This document shows positions 12,730 through 26,881 of a DNA stretch of 64,000 nt, piece by piece (position 1 is the first letter of the stretch; each line of letters opens with the position of its first letter). The notes below the pieces were generated by a model that made no database searches, was not told the DNA's origin, and saw only the letters and a list, made by a program, of their open reading frames with translations. The position numbers and the translations under genes are program-made. This DNA comes from Eledone cirrhosa (Eukaryota), in assembly GCA_964016885.1 (NCBI GenBank), contig OZ024743.1, positions 103,912,001 to 103,976,000 of the forward strand. The letters run 5' to 3'.

Positions 12730-13066
12730 GGAGGCACATGGCTTAGTGGTTAGAGCATTGGCCTTGCAATCGAAAGGTTGTGAGTTCAATTCTCGGACCG
12801 GGTGATGTGTTGTCTCCTTGAGCAAGACACTTTATTTAACGTTGCTCCAGTTTACTCAGCTGTAGAAATGAGATGATAGGGACTGGGGTCCCTATCATTC
12901 CACTGCAAAGTGGTCGTGGAGGTGCCACAGCAAAAAGGCACCCAGCACTCGCTGTAAATGAGGGTGTTAGGAAGGGCATCCAGCTGTAGAAATGAAGCCA
13001 GAATCAGTTCCCGTCCCACCCTTGCAAGCAGGGAAAAGCGGACGTAAAATGATGATGATGATGATA
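12730..13066 (+). mobile_element. tRNA-derived CORE-type SINE with RTE tail
   Basis: Near-identical to the copy at 7480-7822 and ends in a (GAT)n tail. Confidence 0.85.
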
Positions 13067-13719
13067 ATAATGTGATTGTGTGTGCGGGTACATATATATC
13101 ATCATTTAAATTCTACCCCTGCTAGCAAGGGTTGGATTGATCATCACAGACTAAGTCACTACTGATGTTTCAGATGATTCAGGGATCTGTGTCCTGTTTA
13201 CATATGTTCCTGCACTCTTCAGTATGCACCAGGTGCAGTTTGTGGCACAAATATGAGGGAGGTTGTCATGTTTGGCAGATCTTGTATGGTTGGATGCCTT
13301 TCCTAACACCAACCACTTTACAGTATACTGGGTGCATTTATCATACAAATCACCAACACTAGAGTAGTCGTACCCTTGACCTAATTGAATAGTTCTTTCA
13401 ATCTCTTTTTTCTATAGCTAGATACCCTTCCTAACACTAACCAGCTCAGCAAAGATCAGCAGTATATACTAAACTGAATAATGAAGTATGAGTTGTTATC
13501 AGGAAGAGTGTCCAGTCATAGAATATTCCTTTGAAAACACTTGTCCAACCCATGCTAGCATAGACAAGTGGATATAAACACAAACAATGATGATGATGAT
13601 GATGATAATGAGAAATTTCTTTAACTATTGGCTTCTGCCTCGTTGAGCAAAATAAAAACTGATAAGGTAGGTAGGTAGGTATGTATGCGCACATGCTAAA
13701 TGAAATAAAAGAAAACACA

Positions 13720-16331
13720 ATATAAGAATAAAACAACATTTATTCATTTTGAAGATGTCCAAAAGTAAAAAGCTTCCAGCTTATGCGCCTCTTTTAATGG
13801 CCGTTCTGTAAGATTTTTTCCTTTTTTTTTTATTTACTTATATGGCAAAATATACATTAGTAATCGCTAGATTGCAGCAGAAGAAGCAAGCTGGAGTTAA
13901 GGAATGGTAGCGACTTTCAAGAGAAATTCAGCAATGTACAAACAAGTTAGTAGCTACTTTCAGATGAAATCACTTGCACTAGTTGTGATAGTTGTAGCTC
14001 TGGTTGGTTGAGGGTTGTTTTTATCAGTTTTTAAAATTTTTGTAGTTTAAAAAATATATAATATATAACAGAAAGGTGGGAGGTAAAGAGAGGGAGAGGA
14101 GAGGGGGGGGGGTGAATTCTACAAGGCAACAATATTGTGGTAGCAAAGTTGCTTAAGGCATACCACAACATTGGGTTAAGAAGCTATAGAAATGTTTCTC
14201 CAATTAAAGTATGGATATGCTGCCTGGATTTGACTGCGTTGAAAATAGAACCAGAATTATTGTTTATTTGTATGGCAGGGAAGGGATTAATCAATGCCTT
14301 GTATGAAATCAAGCATTAATTGAAAATTTATTATAGAAAAAAAAATCATTACAATAAAATAGAAATACCCTTTTGAGTTAAAAAGAAGAAAAAAAAAGAA
14401 TTTGATATTTTAAAAAAATGTTTTAAATGAACAAGCAACTGAAAAAAGTATTTCGGCTGTAAAAATAATAGATGGGCGGATATGCAAAAGGATAAAGCAC
14501 AGACAAAAAGGCGTGAAGTAATAATAATAATTAATCTGTAAAAAAAAAATAAAACAAAAGATCTACATATTAGTTATATAACTCTTCACAGCTTAGCAAA
14601 GGTTTGAAATAAAGAAAAAAAAAATTGAAATTTAAAAATAAAAACTTAACATGAAACAAAATCTTTACTGTAGAAAGTATTTTTCCCTATACACTAGCTC
14701 CAACCCCTGCACTTTTGTAATAAAAGAATAGTTAATCTAACATCCCCCACCCTTCCCCAATATATGTACCTTGCAGTTTTCCTACCCACCTTCTGCTGGA
14801 AAGAATTTAAAAAAAAAAACTTCAGAAAATATACATCTTAAAAAATAGGAAGTTAAAAAGTTGTATATTTTTTTTTTATTTAAAGAAAAACAAACAAATA
14901 ACTGTAAATTCCCAAAAGAACTCTTGAATTAAAATTAAATTACAAAAAAATGCAAACAATTTTTTTTGTATTGTCTTTTTCTGCTTTCTTTTTAAAAGGA
15001 AAAAATATATATTTATGTATATATAAAAAGATAATTAAAAAACAAAGTACAGGCATTTTACTGCAAAATATAAATTAGGACATTGTGTTTTGTCCATCAA
15101 GTGTCTTTTAGATGTTTTAAAAAAGAATGCATGGGCAGAGAGAAACTATGTATATGTGTGTATACTTGTGTGTGTTTGTGTGTAAGGAGATCTATGTACC
15201 ACACTTTAATGATCACACCTTAAAATAAGCCCAGTTTGAATTCTGAAGGCAAACTTTATTTTAGGTTTCAACTCTGATTTTGTTTTGTTTTGTAATTTTA
15301 TTGTATCAGAAGATTTTCCTCCACCAACTCATCTTCCAAAACAAAGAGATTGGGTGAGAATATATATATATACACTTAGTATTGAATTGTGGTGAGCACG
15401 AGTACTCAATACCATAGTAGAGATTAATATTTTCTTTATTAAGACCAAGTTAGTCCTGTTAATCGGTGCTTCTCCTGTCTACGCAAAGTCTTGTTTGATG
15501 ACCCTGTTAGAACACAGGAAAAACTACAGAGCAACAAGACTCAAACTTTATCATAATAAAGAATATATATATGTATATATATATCATGATTTCAGATATA
15601 TGAATAATAGATTTTTTTCATTTTTCTTTTGACATGAAATGGGATTAATAATTGTAATAATAAAAGCTACAACCCCCCCATCTCTCCAACTTTTACCATT
15701 GTGAAATTTCCAGTATTATGTGTTTTATTATTTAGTTATAATTTAAGTAACACAGAAATATATATATTCTTTTCTTTAATACAGTTAAAATTCATAGAAA
15801 TCTGTCTAAGAAAAAATGTCCAAACATCAAAAAGATATTTTTATGTCTTTACTGCAGGTAACAGTATTTCGTTTATTTTGTCCTTTAGATTTGTTTGTAT
15901 TTCTTTTTTAGTCGAAAATTAACCAGAAACTATTGGTAAAAAAAAATTATTAAAATAATATAAAATGAAGGGTGAGAATGGGGTAGAGAAGAGAATGGAG
16001 GAGGAAATCTTTCTGGTGGCACATTTGATGGAAGAGTACAAACAAACAAAGATAAGGAGGGGAGCAGAGGGCTGGAGTAATAGATTACTGGGGAGATAGC
16101 TATAGCAGCAGTTGAAGAAAGAGAAGAGGAAGAGGGCTGCTCTTGTTAATTAAGGCAAGAGAGAAAGAATAATGAGGCGGACTAGGAAATTTGTTTATTT
16201 CATGTTGGTTGCAGTAATAAAACAGATGATCGTTTTTCAGCCACATGGCTCTGGTTATAGCAGGCATAGGCATCAAGGAAATGACAAGATGCTGTGAACA
16301 CTGGTATATCGCACACATTCTCACTGTAACA
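13720..16331 (-). other. putative terminal non-coding (3' UTR) exon of the 4.1/coracle gene
   Basis: Donor gtaagt 29 nt after the stop codon (exon edge 17536). Strong acceptor ttttttcag| at 16331. AATAAA at 13739-13744 with a GT-rich element downstream. The region is nearly free of transposons. Inference only. Confidence 0.4.
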
Positions 16332-16846
16332 CTGAAAAATAAATTTAAAATATATATTAGAATATGTGTTTAAAATAAAGTAATGCTTAAAATATTCAAA
16401 CATTAACTGAATGAGCACTCCATACTGGAAGGCACAGTGTAGAAATTTATTTTCTAGGTATAAATGTGAGTGACATCAAAGTTTCAGCTTGATAGCTTCA
16501 CCTGGCTACCCAGGTGAATAAATATGTATATATTTAAATATACTTATATAAAAGACTGCAAGCCCTGCAGTTTCAGCTTGTTTTCTCTAGCTTTTTCAAG
16601 GGTGTTTATCATGCATTGAGTACTACCCTAATTTGTAGACTTCCAGTCTTTGCAAAGCAAACTATATATCTATCAATATTCACACATGATCATACTGAAT
16701 TTCTGTAGTAGTGGTAGTGATAGAATTGGTTGACAAAGAGTGACAGATTTAAGTAAACTTATTTACAGGGTTGATTTACCAGTATTAGATTGGATCCATG
16801 AAGACAATGAGATTTGCTTTACATAATCAAATTGTTCATCTTTTTA

Positions 16847-17075
16847 TTAACCCTTTCATTGGCATATTGCTATGTTTTTTAAATGATTTTAAAAATAATC
16901 AAGAATTTTGAGAGATTTAGTAAAATAACTTTAATTATTATGTTAGCGTTCAGAACATAAAGGTTCTTATATGAAATTATGATGGAAGGCTTTTAAATAA
17001 ATGTAAACATTTTAAAACAGTTTTATGCCATAGAACCATGGACAGTTTCAGGCAATTTGGTATCAATAGAGTTAA
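16847..17075. mobile_element. piggyBac-like MITE
   Basis: ttaaccctttc ... tagagttaa ends with TTAA on both sides. Same family as the copies at 5092 and 57105. Confidence 0.55.
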
Positions 17076-17564
17076 GGCAACAATAACGGATTTCTAACAC
17101 TGAATATTATAAATTATAGGGGATGGGTATATTTTATTGACCTAAGAAGTACAATATGCAAGTAAACTTTGGTCAAAGTTTGAGCTCAAAAAGTAAAGGG
17201 CTGTAACTAAATACTGTAAATTATTTTGTTCAACTTTCTAAATGATTCCCGTCAAAAACCTTCAAATCAATGAGGGAGTGTCTATGCAAATTTACATGGC
17301 AGCTTGTCGATGGATGCTCAAATTGTTAGAAATAGTAATCAAATTGCCTTCAAAACACCTTTAAAAAGACAGTTAATGTAGGATGTCTGAGAAAAATAAA
17401 GACAAAAATCAACAGGATGGTCACAATTGGTACACTTTTGATCCCAAATCTATTTAACCATGACTAACCTAGGGTTGAACATGTAAAAATATATGAAAGA
17501 GCATATAGAGCTGAGATAAAATGAATTATACTTACTGAAGGGTCCCAGACAATACTGAAGGATG

Positions 17565-17666
17565 TTAAATTTCATTTATTTGTTCAATTTCCCTCATGTA
17601 TTCTATTTTTTCCACAGACAAGTCAAGGTTCATCTGTGTTACTGAGCGGATTGCCTCAGCAAGGGC
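17565..17666 (-). CDS. cora: protein 4.1/coracle homolog, last coding exon (end of 4.1 CTD)
   Basis: tttcag|ALAEAIRSVTQMNLDLSVEKIEYMREIEQINEI*, matching the Coracle/4.1 CTD end ALAEAIQEATAMNPDMTVEKIEI. Confidence 0.92.
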   Translation of the reverse strand, partial: ALAEAIRSVTQMNLDLSVEKIEYMREIEQINEI

Positions 17667-18360
17667 CTGAAACCAGACAACAAAGTAACAAGTTAATAAC
17701 GTTCATCAATAAATTAGAAAAGAGGGGTGAGGGGCTGTGGAAAAAAATGACAGAAAACTAGAGACACAGTCCATTGCAGAGATAACACCCAGCTGTTGCT
17801 GGTACACATTTTCAGCTGAAGGTACAGAAGCAATGTGAAATGTAGGGTCTTTTTTAAGAACAATGCACCACACGGTTGTCACATTCTGAGGTTTGACAGG
17901 CAGATCAGACAAGTGTGTCTTGCTCATATGTTCCATTTTGGCATGATTCTATAACTGAATATGTTCCCTAAGCCAACCACATCATGGCATGTGCTGTATT
18001 CTTGTGGCACCACCACTACACTTGATAGGGTGGATTAAGTACATTTTATCGTGGTACCAGTACTACCATTTTACAGAGTTAGCAGGGTGTATTTTATTGG
18101 GACACCAGCATTTGATAGCTTTCTTTGAAGAGGTAGATGTTTCTCAAGTCGAAATATTTAATATATATATATATGTGTGTGTGGTTTACTGATGCACAAT
18201 GAGAATGAGAACTCAATACCGAAGTAGAGTTTAAATATTCATTTAATATGTCTACCACTTAGCCATAATATGTATATAATTTGATAAGCAGTTCAAAGAA
18301 AGGCTAAAAAAAAAAAAAAGATAGTTGTATATGTAGAGACAGCTGAATCTCTATGTATGT

Positions 18361-18745
18361 ATCATCATCATTTCATTTTATGTCCGCTTTTCCCTGCTTG
18401 CAAGGGTGTGATGGGAACTGATTCTGGCTTGATTTCTACAGCTGGATGCCTTTCCTAACACCAACCTCATTTACAGTGAGTGCTGGGTGCTTTTTTTCTG
18501 TGGCGCCTACACGTCCACTTTACAGTGTGGGCTGGGTGCTTTTTTGCCGTGGCACCTCCACGACCACTTTGCAGTGGAATGATAGGGACCCCAGTCCCTA
18601 TCATCTCATTTCTACAGCTGAGTAAACTGGAGCAATGTGAAATAAAGTGTCTTGCTCAAGGAAACAACATATCACCTGGTCTGAGAATTGAACTCACAAC
18701 CTTTCGATTGCAAGGCCAATGCTCTAACCACTAAGCCATGTGCCC
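18361..18745 (-). mobile_element. tRNA-derived CORE-type SINE with RTE tail
   Basis: Reverse complement of the 7480 family, with two 38-bp tail units. Confidence 0.85.
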
Positions 18746-18960
18746 CCTCCCCCATCGCCACCAACCTCACAAAAAAAGTAGTTATGTTGAGAACAAAGAC
18801 ATTCAAAAGCAACACAAACAAATAATTATTTTGTTGTTATTTCTATGTCCACTTTTCCATGTCGTAATGGGCTGAACACTGTCTCAAAAACTCTTGTCCA
18901 GCCCATGCCAAATAAAAAAAATAGCAGATCAAATAAATTAATCAATATATATATACTCAC

Positions 18961-19050
18961 AGCATCATAATCAATATCATCATTATCACTGGTTATGGTT
19001 ACTTTCTTTTCCACTCGCGTCTCAATCATTCCATCCTTCTCAGTTCGATA
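18961..19050 (-). CDS. cora: protein 4.1/coracle homolog exon (CTD)
   Basis: cttcag|YRTEKDGMIETRVEKKVTITSDNDDIDYDA|gtgagt, 90 bp, phase 0-0. Matches YKTERDGIVETRVEQKITIQSDGDPIDHD. Confidence 0.93.
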
Positions 19051-19770
19051 CTGAAGTTGTAAGGGAAGGAGGAGGACAATAATAAAAATTAAAAAACATA
19101 CAAAATTGCATAAAGATACTAATTAGAGAAATGTATACATTTATTTATTCATTTAAACATTTTTTAAAGTCATGAATTTCTGAAAAGCAGAAACCAAAAC
19201 AAAGAGACAAATAATGTTTCATCTTCAAATTCCTAAATTTGGCTTAGAAGAAAAAAAAAAAAAAAAAAAATTTAAACATGGATGAGTATATCCCTATTTG
19301 AAAAAATTGTGTCTAAATCAAAGGAATTCTCCGTAACAAATTTCTTTTATTTTTGTACCAGTTCCTGTAAAACAAGTTATAAAATCGTGTGTGTGTGTGT
19401 GCATGCGTGTGCACGCACGCACTTAGGATTGACAAAGTAGAGATTAATATATATTTTTTATTAAGGTCAAATTAGAGTTCTCTTGCTTTGGTGTTTGACC
19501 TTGGTATTCACAGAGCCTGTGCATACACAGGTGAATCTCCAGAGTAACAGGATTCTAACTTGGCCTTAATAAAGGAATATAAATATATTGAGTAAACTGA
19601 GAGGAAAAGAAAATAATTGTTTCAGTAAGAATGAAGACAAAAAATATCATTGCCTTAATTTTTCATGTCACAATACTGTTTCTAACATTGGAACAAACCA
19701 AGAAATGTTATATGTATATATATATGTGTGTGTATATATATATATATATATATGTATTTATATATATGTA

Positions 19771-21155
19771 CTAGCATTAAAGCCCAGCGTTGCTCGGGGG
19801 TCAGTAAGTTACCAAAGTTAGGTTGCACCACCCATTTTATGGCAGCACTTTTTTGTCTGTCAGGCACTGGGTGAATGAATTGCAGACCTGGACTGCCGAA
19901 GCAGGAGCTGCGCCAGCAGTGACAATTGTAGCTTTGCCTATGGATATTATCTCTGTGCAAAGAAGTGTTGAAATTTATTGTTTCACAGTACTTGCGCAAC
20001 ACGCGCGTAGATGATGCCAGCCGAACAACAGAGCTGCGATGGTTCTGCATGGTTGTTTAATGTGTGTTTTCTAAATTTAAGATAGTAGGGAGGGGTGTGA
20101 TATGGGGGAGAGTTAGCTGCGGATTCTAGCAGGTTTAGTGACCTCATAGAGGATATTATTGTGTATGGTAAATAAACTGATACTTCTTTCTTCCACGTTC
20201 GTTGAAAGATGTTTTTAAAAAGATTTATCGGTATTTTTTTTTGTTGTTGAATAAATTTATCTGTTGCTTTTGAATAATTGTTGTTTCGTATGAAATGTAA
20301 TAAGTTTTCTTTGTCATTGAAGTAAATAAATGTTTGACTGTTCCACACTAAAAAACAAACGTTCTCTCTCTACTCTCTCTCCTTCATTTCTTTCTCTCTT
20401 CTTTCTTCGGCATTCATAAAGGAAGTTTGTAAGTTTAAGCGTATATAAGAGAAAGTTGCAGCATGTATGTAGTTTTATCGAATTTTAAGAGGAGTAGATA
20501 GAGGAAGTCAGATTGTATTAGAGGGGTAAAGCGTCATGTACTTAGTTTTATCGATTATTTCCATAATTGTGGGTGAGTTTGAAAGAAATAGTCGTTGACC
20601 TAAGTTAGACCATTTACAACATTCTAACAGACTTTGAGTCGAATCGGTTTGAAATTGTGCAAATGTATAAACATGCAACATGCACACAACAACAAACTAC
20701 CTTTTATAGATAATGATGATGATGATAAACCCAGTATTTTTTTTTTCGATTTTTAAGGGGAGTAGAGAGAGGAATCAGATTGTATTAGAGCGGTAAAACG
20801 TCATGTATTTAACGTTTATCTCACTCCTTTATTTTTTCTCTCTCTAAAGGAAATTAGTAAGGAGTGGGTTTATAAGCGTATATAAGAGAAGGTTGCAGCA
20901 TGTATTTTTTTTTTTGATTTTTAAGGGGGAGTAGAGAGAGAAAATCAGATTGTATTAGAGGGGTAAAGCATCATGAATTTAGTTTTATCGATTATTTCCG
21001 TAATTGTGGGTGATTTTGAAATAAATAAATAGGCGTTCACCTAAGTTAGACTATTTACAACATTCTTACAGATTTTGAGTCGAATCGGTTTGAAATTGTG
21101 CAAATATATAAACATGGAACATGCACACACACACACAACAATCTGCCTTTTATAG

Positions 21156-21156
<1 letters not shown>
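19771..21156 (-). mobile_element. non-autonomous Helitron with a duplicated 5' end
   Basis: On the minus strand: A|TC at 21156, CTAG|T at 19771 preceded by a GC hairpin (cccgagcaacgctggg). Internal diverged duplication of about 20420-20710 and 20860-21156, each copy ending in ttttataga. Confidence 0.7.
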
Positions 21157-21193
<37 letters not shown>

Positions 21194-21452
21194 GATAAAT
21201 CTACCAAGAGTTTACGGTAGTGTCCAATCCGTATGAAGAACTCAATGTAATCCGGATATCATGGAAAGAAGAGATGCAATGAAATTTCACTTTCGGTGAA
21301 AGATAAACGGAATACAGAGTCAAGATAAAATATTAAAAAAATAATGAATAAAACAATGAAGCAGTTCCTTATATTAAACAAAAAAAGTTCATTATTTAAC
21401 GATCGTTTCTAGGATATATATGTGTTAGAATTGGCATGCATATTCAACATTA

Positions 21453-21598
21453 TTATTTCTGAAGACGGCATATATATGTGTTGGTATGTATATTTAATCT
21501 TGATAGTTTGTATAATTTTGTATAATTTTGTACATAGATCTGTTGAATATGCATGCCAATTCTAACACATATATATCCTAGAAACGATCGTTAAATAA
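21453..21598 (+). ncRNA. type I hammerhead ribozyme-like motif with a long stem II (Penelope pLTR-type)
   Basis: ttattt-CTGAAGA (21459)-long stem (tatatatgtgtt...aacacatatata)-GAAA (21581)-cgatcg-TT-aaataa. The base of stem II pairs imperfectly. Confidence 0.55.
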
Positions 21599-21664
21599 TG
21601 AACTTTTTTTGTTTAATATAAGGAACTGTTTCATTGTTTTATTCATTATTTTTTTAATATTTTA

Positions 21665-21992
<328 letters not shown>

Positions 21993-22216
21993 TAGCTCCT
22001 TCAACTGCGCAGAGGGTTCTATAGAAAGGCGTAGGTAGAAACTCCATTTTATGTCCTAAATGCAAAGTATGGGTGCATAAAAGATGTAGTGGGATCACAG
22101 GTAAGCTAACTAAGAACATAGATTTTACATGTGGCCGGTGTTTTGGTGCAATAAGTAGCAGCAAGTGCCCACAAAATACTAGCTCTTTCAATTGCGCAGA
22201 GGGTTCTATAGAAATA

Positions 22217-25200
22217 GTTTCGGCCTCGATGGCGCGGCACCAACATAACTTTACATAGAACGGGGTGGTGTGGATGGGGTGGGGGTGGTGGTGGTGGGAC
22301 GGGGTGTATTTTGTTAGAGATGCCTACTGGCTGGAGTAGGTTTTACTATATATTTAGGTAAGGCGGGTCTTCTCTGTTACTGAGTACCGCCAAAGGTCTC
22401 GGTCCAGTGACATTGTCTTGGAGAGGTGTAAGTGTGTGATGTCGGAGTTTATCAGCTCGTCCCATGTTTTTCTAGGTCTGCCTATTCTGTGACTACCGTC
22501 TATCTTTATTGCCCTGCACTTTGTTATACAGCTATCGACTTTCATGCGCATCACGTGTCCAAACCAACGTAGCCTTCTCTCGAGTAAACAACATCTGATC
22601 CCTCTTATCTCTAATTTTTTCCTTAGTTCGTTTATGCTTTGCCGTTCACGTATATTACTGTTACACATCCAGCGGAGCATGCAAGCTTCGTTCCTCTCTA
22701 GTCTGTGTATATCCTCTGCACACAATGCCCAGGTCTCACTGCCACGCAACATTGCTGTTCGTATGCAGGCATCATACAGCCTGCCTTTCATTTTTAGGGA
22801 GAACCCTTTAGCGGCTAATAGTGGTATAAGCTCTCTGAACTTTTTCCATCCAGTTCTGACTCTAGCTATTGTACTTTCAGAGCACCCTCCCTCACTGCTG
22901 ATTTTATCACCCAGGTAACGGAAGCTGTCCACTATTTCTATAGAACCCTCTGTGCAATTGAAAGAGCTAGTATTTTGTGGGCACTTGCTGCTACTTATTG
23001 CACCAGAGCACCGGCCACATGTAAAATCTATGTTCTTAGTTAGCTTACCTGTGATCCCACTACATCTTTTATGCACCCATACTTTGCATTTGGGACATAA
23101 AATGTAGTTTCTGCCTACGCCTTTCCTACACACTGAGTATGGCCATTTGCCGGCGCCCTATTTTCTTTCCTACAAACTAGAACTTTAGTCTTAGCCAGGT
23201 TAATTTTAAGGCCTTTTGATTCTAGGCCGTGCTTCCATGTTTGGAATTTCTTCTCTAGCTCGGCCATTGATTCAGCTATGAGCGTTAGATCATCTGCGTA
23301 TAGGAGTTCCCATGGGCAGCCAGTCTTGAACTCCACTGTTATAGCCTGAAGGGCAATAATAAATAGTAGGGGGCTAAGGACGGAGCCCTGATGAACAACT
23401 TTTACGCTAAACTCTTCACTATATTCGTTGTTAATTCTAACCTTGCTGACTGTTTCTTTATACATGGCTTGTATAGCTCTCACAAGCCATTCATCAACAC
23501 CTAGTTTTCTAAGAGCCCACCAGATAATGGAACGGGGCACTCTGTCGAAGGCTTTCTCCAAGTCGACAAAAGCTAAGTATAGGGGTTTACTTTTAGCTAG
23601 GTACTTCTCCTGTAGTTGTCGTACAATGAAAAGAGCGTCTGTGGTACTTTTGCCTGACACAAACCCGAACTGCATTTCATCTAGATCAATTCTCTCTGAT
23701 TAGTTGCGCTATTACTTTTTCCGTGACCTTCATGACCTGGTCGATTAATTTAATGCCTCTATAGTTACTCCTATCTAGGGCATCTCCTTTACCCTTGTAA
23801 CAGTTAATGATGTTGCTGCTACGCCAGTCCTTCGGAACAACCCCATTCTGTATGACTTGGTTTACTATCCGGGTGACCATGGTGTGTCCAACCGTTCCAG
23901 AGGTTTTCAGCACCTCAGCAACTATTTCCAAAGGCCCAACCACCTTACCCGTCTTCATATCTTTGATTGCCTTACTTATTATACTACCTTCGACTAACAC
24001 TGCTGGTCCCTCTATTGGGTCGATGTGGGGGAGACTGTCTTTCTCCCATTTAGTAGCCTTTCGTAGTGACACTTCCAAGCTACCTTCTTATCAGCGTCAG
24101 TGATGGCAAGTACACCATCATCATTAAGTACACACTTCTCCCCGACAATATCACGGTTTTCCTTGACACATTGCCTAGCAATCCTGATCACCTCACGTTG
24201 TAGAACATGCTTGAACTTTCTTTCCTCTGCTTCCCTTCTTGCGAAGTACACTTGTCTCCTAGCTTCCCTCCTGGCCACTTGATAGTCTTCTCTACTTCCC
24301 CCATCCCGCCATACTTTCCAAGCCTGCTTTTTGGCCTTAATTGACTCCTCCACCTTACTGTTCCACCACCATGTTACTCTCCTCCTGCCTATAGGCCTGC
24401 TCCAGCCACAGACTTCGTCTGCCGCCATCAGCAGGTTTGCTTTCAGGAATTCCCACTGTTCCTCTATATTGTACGACTCTAAATGCTCTTCCTTACTGTC
24501 GAAAGCATCAAGTAATATGCTTTTAAATTTATTTCTGGCTGTGGGGTCCTTTAGCTTCCATATTTTTCTCCTGAGGATAGTCCTCTTCTGCTGTCGAGTA
24601 CGTCTCGTCCTGACTATGGGGTCGCTAATTATCAGTCTATGTTGGGAGGTGCATTCTTCATGGGGGAGGGATTTAGTATTTACAACAGACACGTCTTCTG
24701 GTAAGGATATAATCTACCTGGCTGGTATGTTCCCCTGATCTGTAGGTGATCAAGTGATTGTCTCGTTTTTTGAAGTTAGTGTTACAGATAGTTAGGTTAT
24801 TTGCGTCACAGAATTCCAGGATTCTGGAGCCTTCCTCATTTCTAGTACCAACCCATAGCCTCCGTGGATTCCATCATAGCCGTCACAATGTTGTCCGTGA
24901 CCATTTAGGTCGCCAGCAATAATTATATAGTCACTGTCGGTTATTTGGGAGGTAGTGAGCATCAGTGTCTCATAGAATCTGTCTTTTATAGCGCCAGGCA
25001 GTCCGGATTGGGGCGCGTACGCAGATATTACCGTCACAGTAGTTCTATTTAGAACAAGTCTTATTTTAATTATTCTGTCATTCACTCTATTTACGTCTAT
25101 TATCTTATCCACCCATTTTTCTGCTAACATGATTCCTACCCCACCCAGCCCATTGTCATTTCCCACCCAGAAAAGCTTATAGCATAGTTTTTTACCCACA

Positions 25201-25335
25201 ATGAATCTAGCAGATCCGCCCCTCCACCTGGTCTCTTGGATACAGCAAACATCAACCTCCTTACGTTCAAGCATTTCTACAACCTCGTTAGAGCGACCTT
25301 TTAAGGTGCCTACATTCATGGTACCAACTCTGTAT
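22217..25335 (-). mobile_element. near full-ORF RTE-clade LINE (APE endonuclease, RT, PHD-like finger), frameshifted
   Basis: APE motifs [42 protein letters not shown] motifs NYRGIKL, QFGF, FVDLEKAFDRV, HQGSVLSP, LYADD. C-terminus RRLRWFGHVMRM..GRPRKTW, stop at 22354. At least four frameshifts plus small in-frame deletions. Confidence 0.95.
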
Positions 25336-25777
25336 AAATATATGTATATATATACATATATATATACACATATATATATACACATATATATATATACACA
25401 TATATATATATACACATATATATATACATATACACATATATATATACACATATATATATATACACATATATATATATACACATATATATATATACACATA
25501 TATACACATATATATACACATATATATATATACACATATATATACACATATATATATATACACATATATATACACATATATATATATACACATATATATA
25601 TACATATATATACACACATATATACACATATATATATACACATATATATACACATATATATATACACATATATATATATACATATATATATATACACATA
25701 TATATACACATATATATATACATATATATATATACACATATATATACATATATATATATATACACATATATATATAC

Positions 25778-25808
<31 letters not shown>

Positions 25809-25816
25809 CATATATA

Positions 25817-26170
25817 TCATCATCATCATCATCATCAACGTTTAACGTCCGTGTTCCACGCTTGCATGGGTTTGGACGGGGGTAGTCCCACTTGAGGCAA
25901 GAGTGATTGTCTTGCTCGCATAGGACTGTCTGGCAGGTTTTCTACAGTTGGATGCCCTTCCTAACACCAACCACATTTACAGTGTGGGTCTGGGAGGTTT
26001 TTACCGTGTTGCCTACACGGCCACATTACAGCGTGGACTGTGTGTTTTTTTGTCGTGACACCTACACGATCTCATTTGTTTCGGCCTCGATGGCGCGGCA
26101 CCAACATAACTTTACATAGAACGGGGTGGTGTGGATCGGGTGGGGGTGGGGGTGGTGGGACGGGGTGTAT
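25817..26170 (-). mobile_element. RTE LINE 3' UTR with a (GAT)n tail
   Basis: 26079-26170 repeats 22217-22310, the sequence just after the RTE stop codon, and continues to aacgttgatgatgatg. Confidence 0.85.
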
Positions 26171-26206
26171 TTATATATATATACATATACATATATATAC
26201 ATATAC

Positions 26207-26237
<31 letters not shown>

Positions 26238-26270
26238 CATATATATATATACACATATATATATATATAC

Positions 26271-26319
<49 letters not shown>

Positions 26320-26800
26320 CATATATATATATACACATATATATATATATACATATATATATATACATATATATATATACACATATATATATACACATAT
26401 ATATATACAAATATATACACATATATATATACACACATATATATATACACATATATATACACATATATATATACACATATATATATACATATATATATAC
26501 ACATATATATATACACATATATACATACACATATATATATATACACATATATATATATACACATATATATATATACACATATATATATATACACATATAT
26601 ATATATACACATATATATATATACACATATATATATATACACATATATATATACACATATATATATATATATACAGATATATACACATATATATATACAC
26701 ATATATATATATATATACACACATATATATATATACATATATATATACACATATATATATACATATATATATATACATATATACATATATATATATACAC

Positions 26801-26833
<33 letters not shown>

Positions 26834-26836
26834 CAC

Positions 26837-26881
<45 letters not shown>

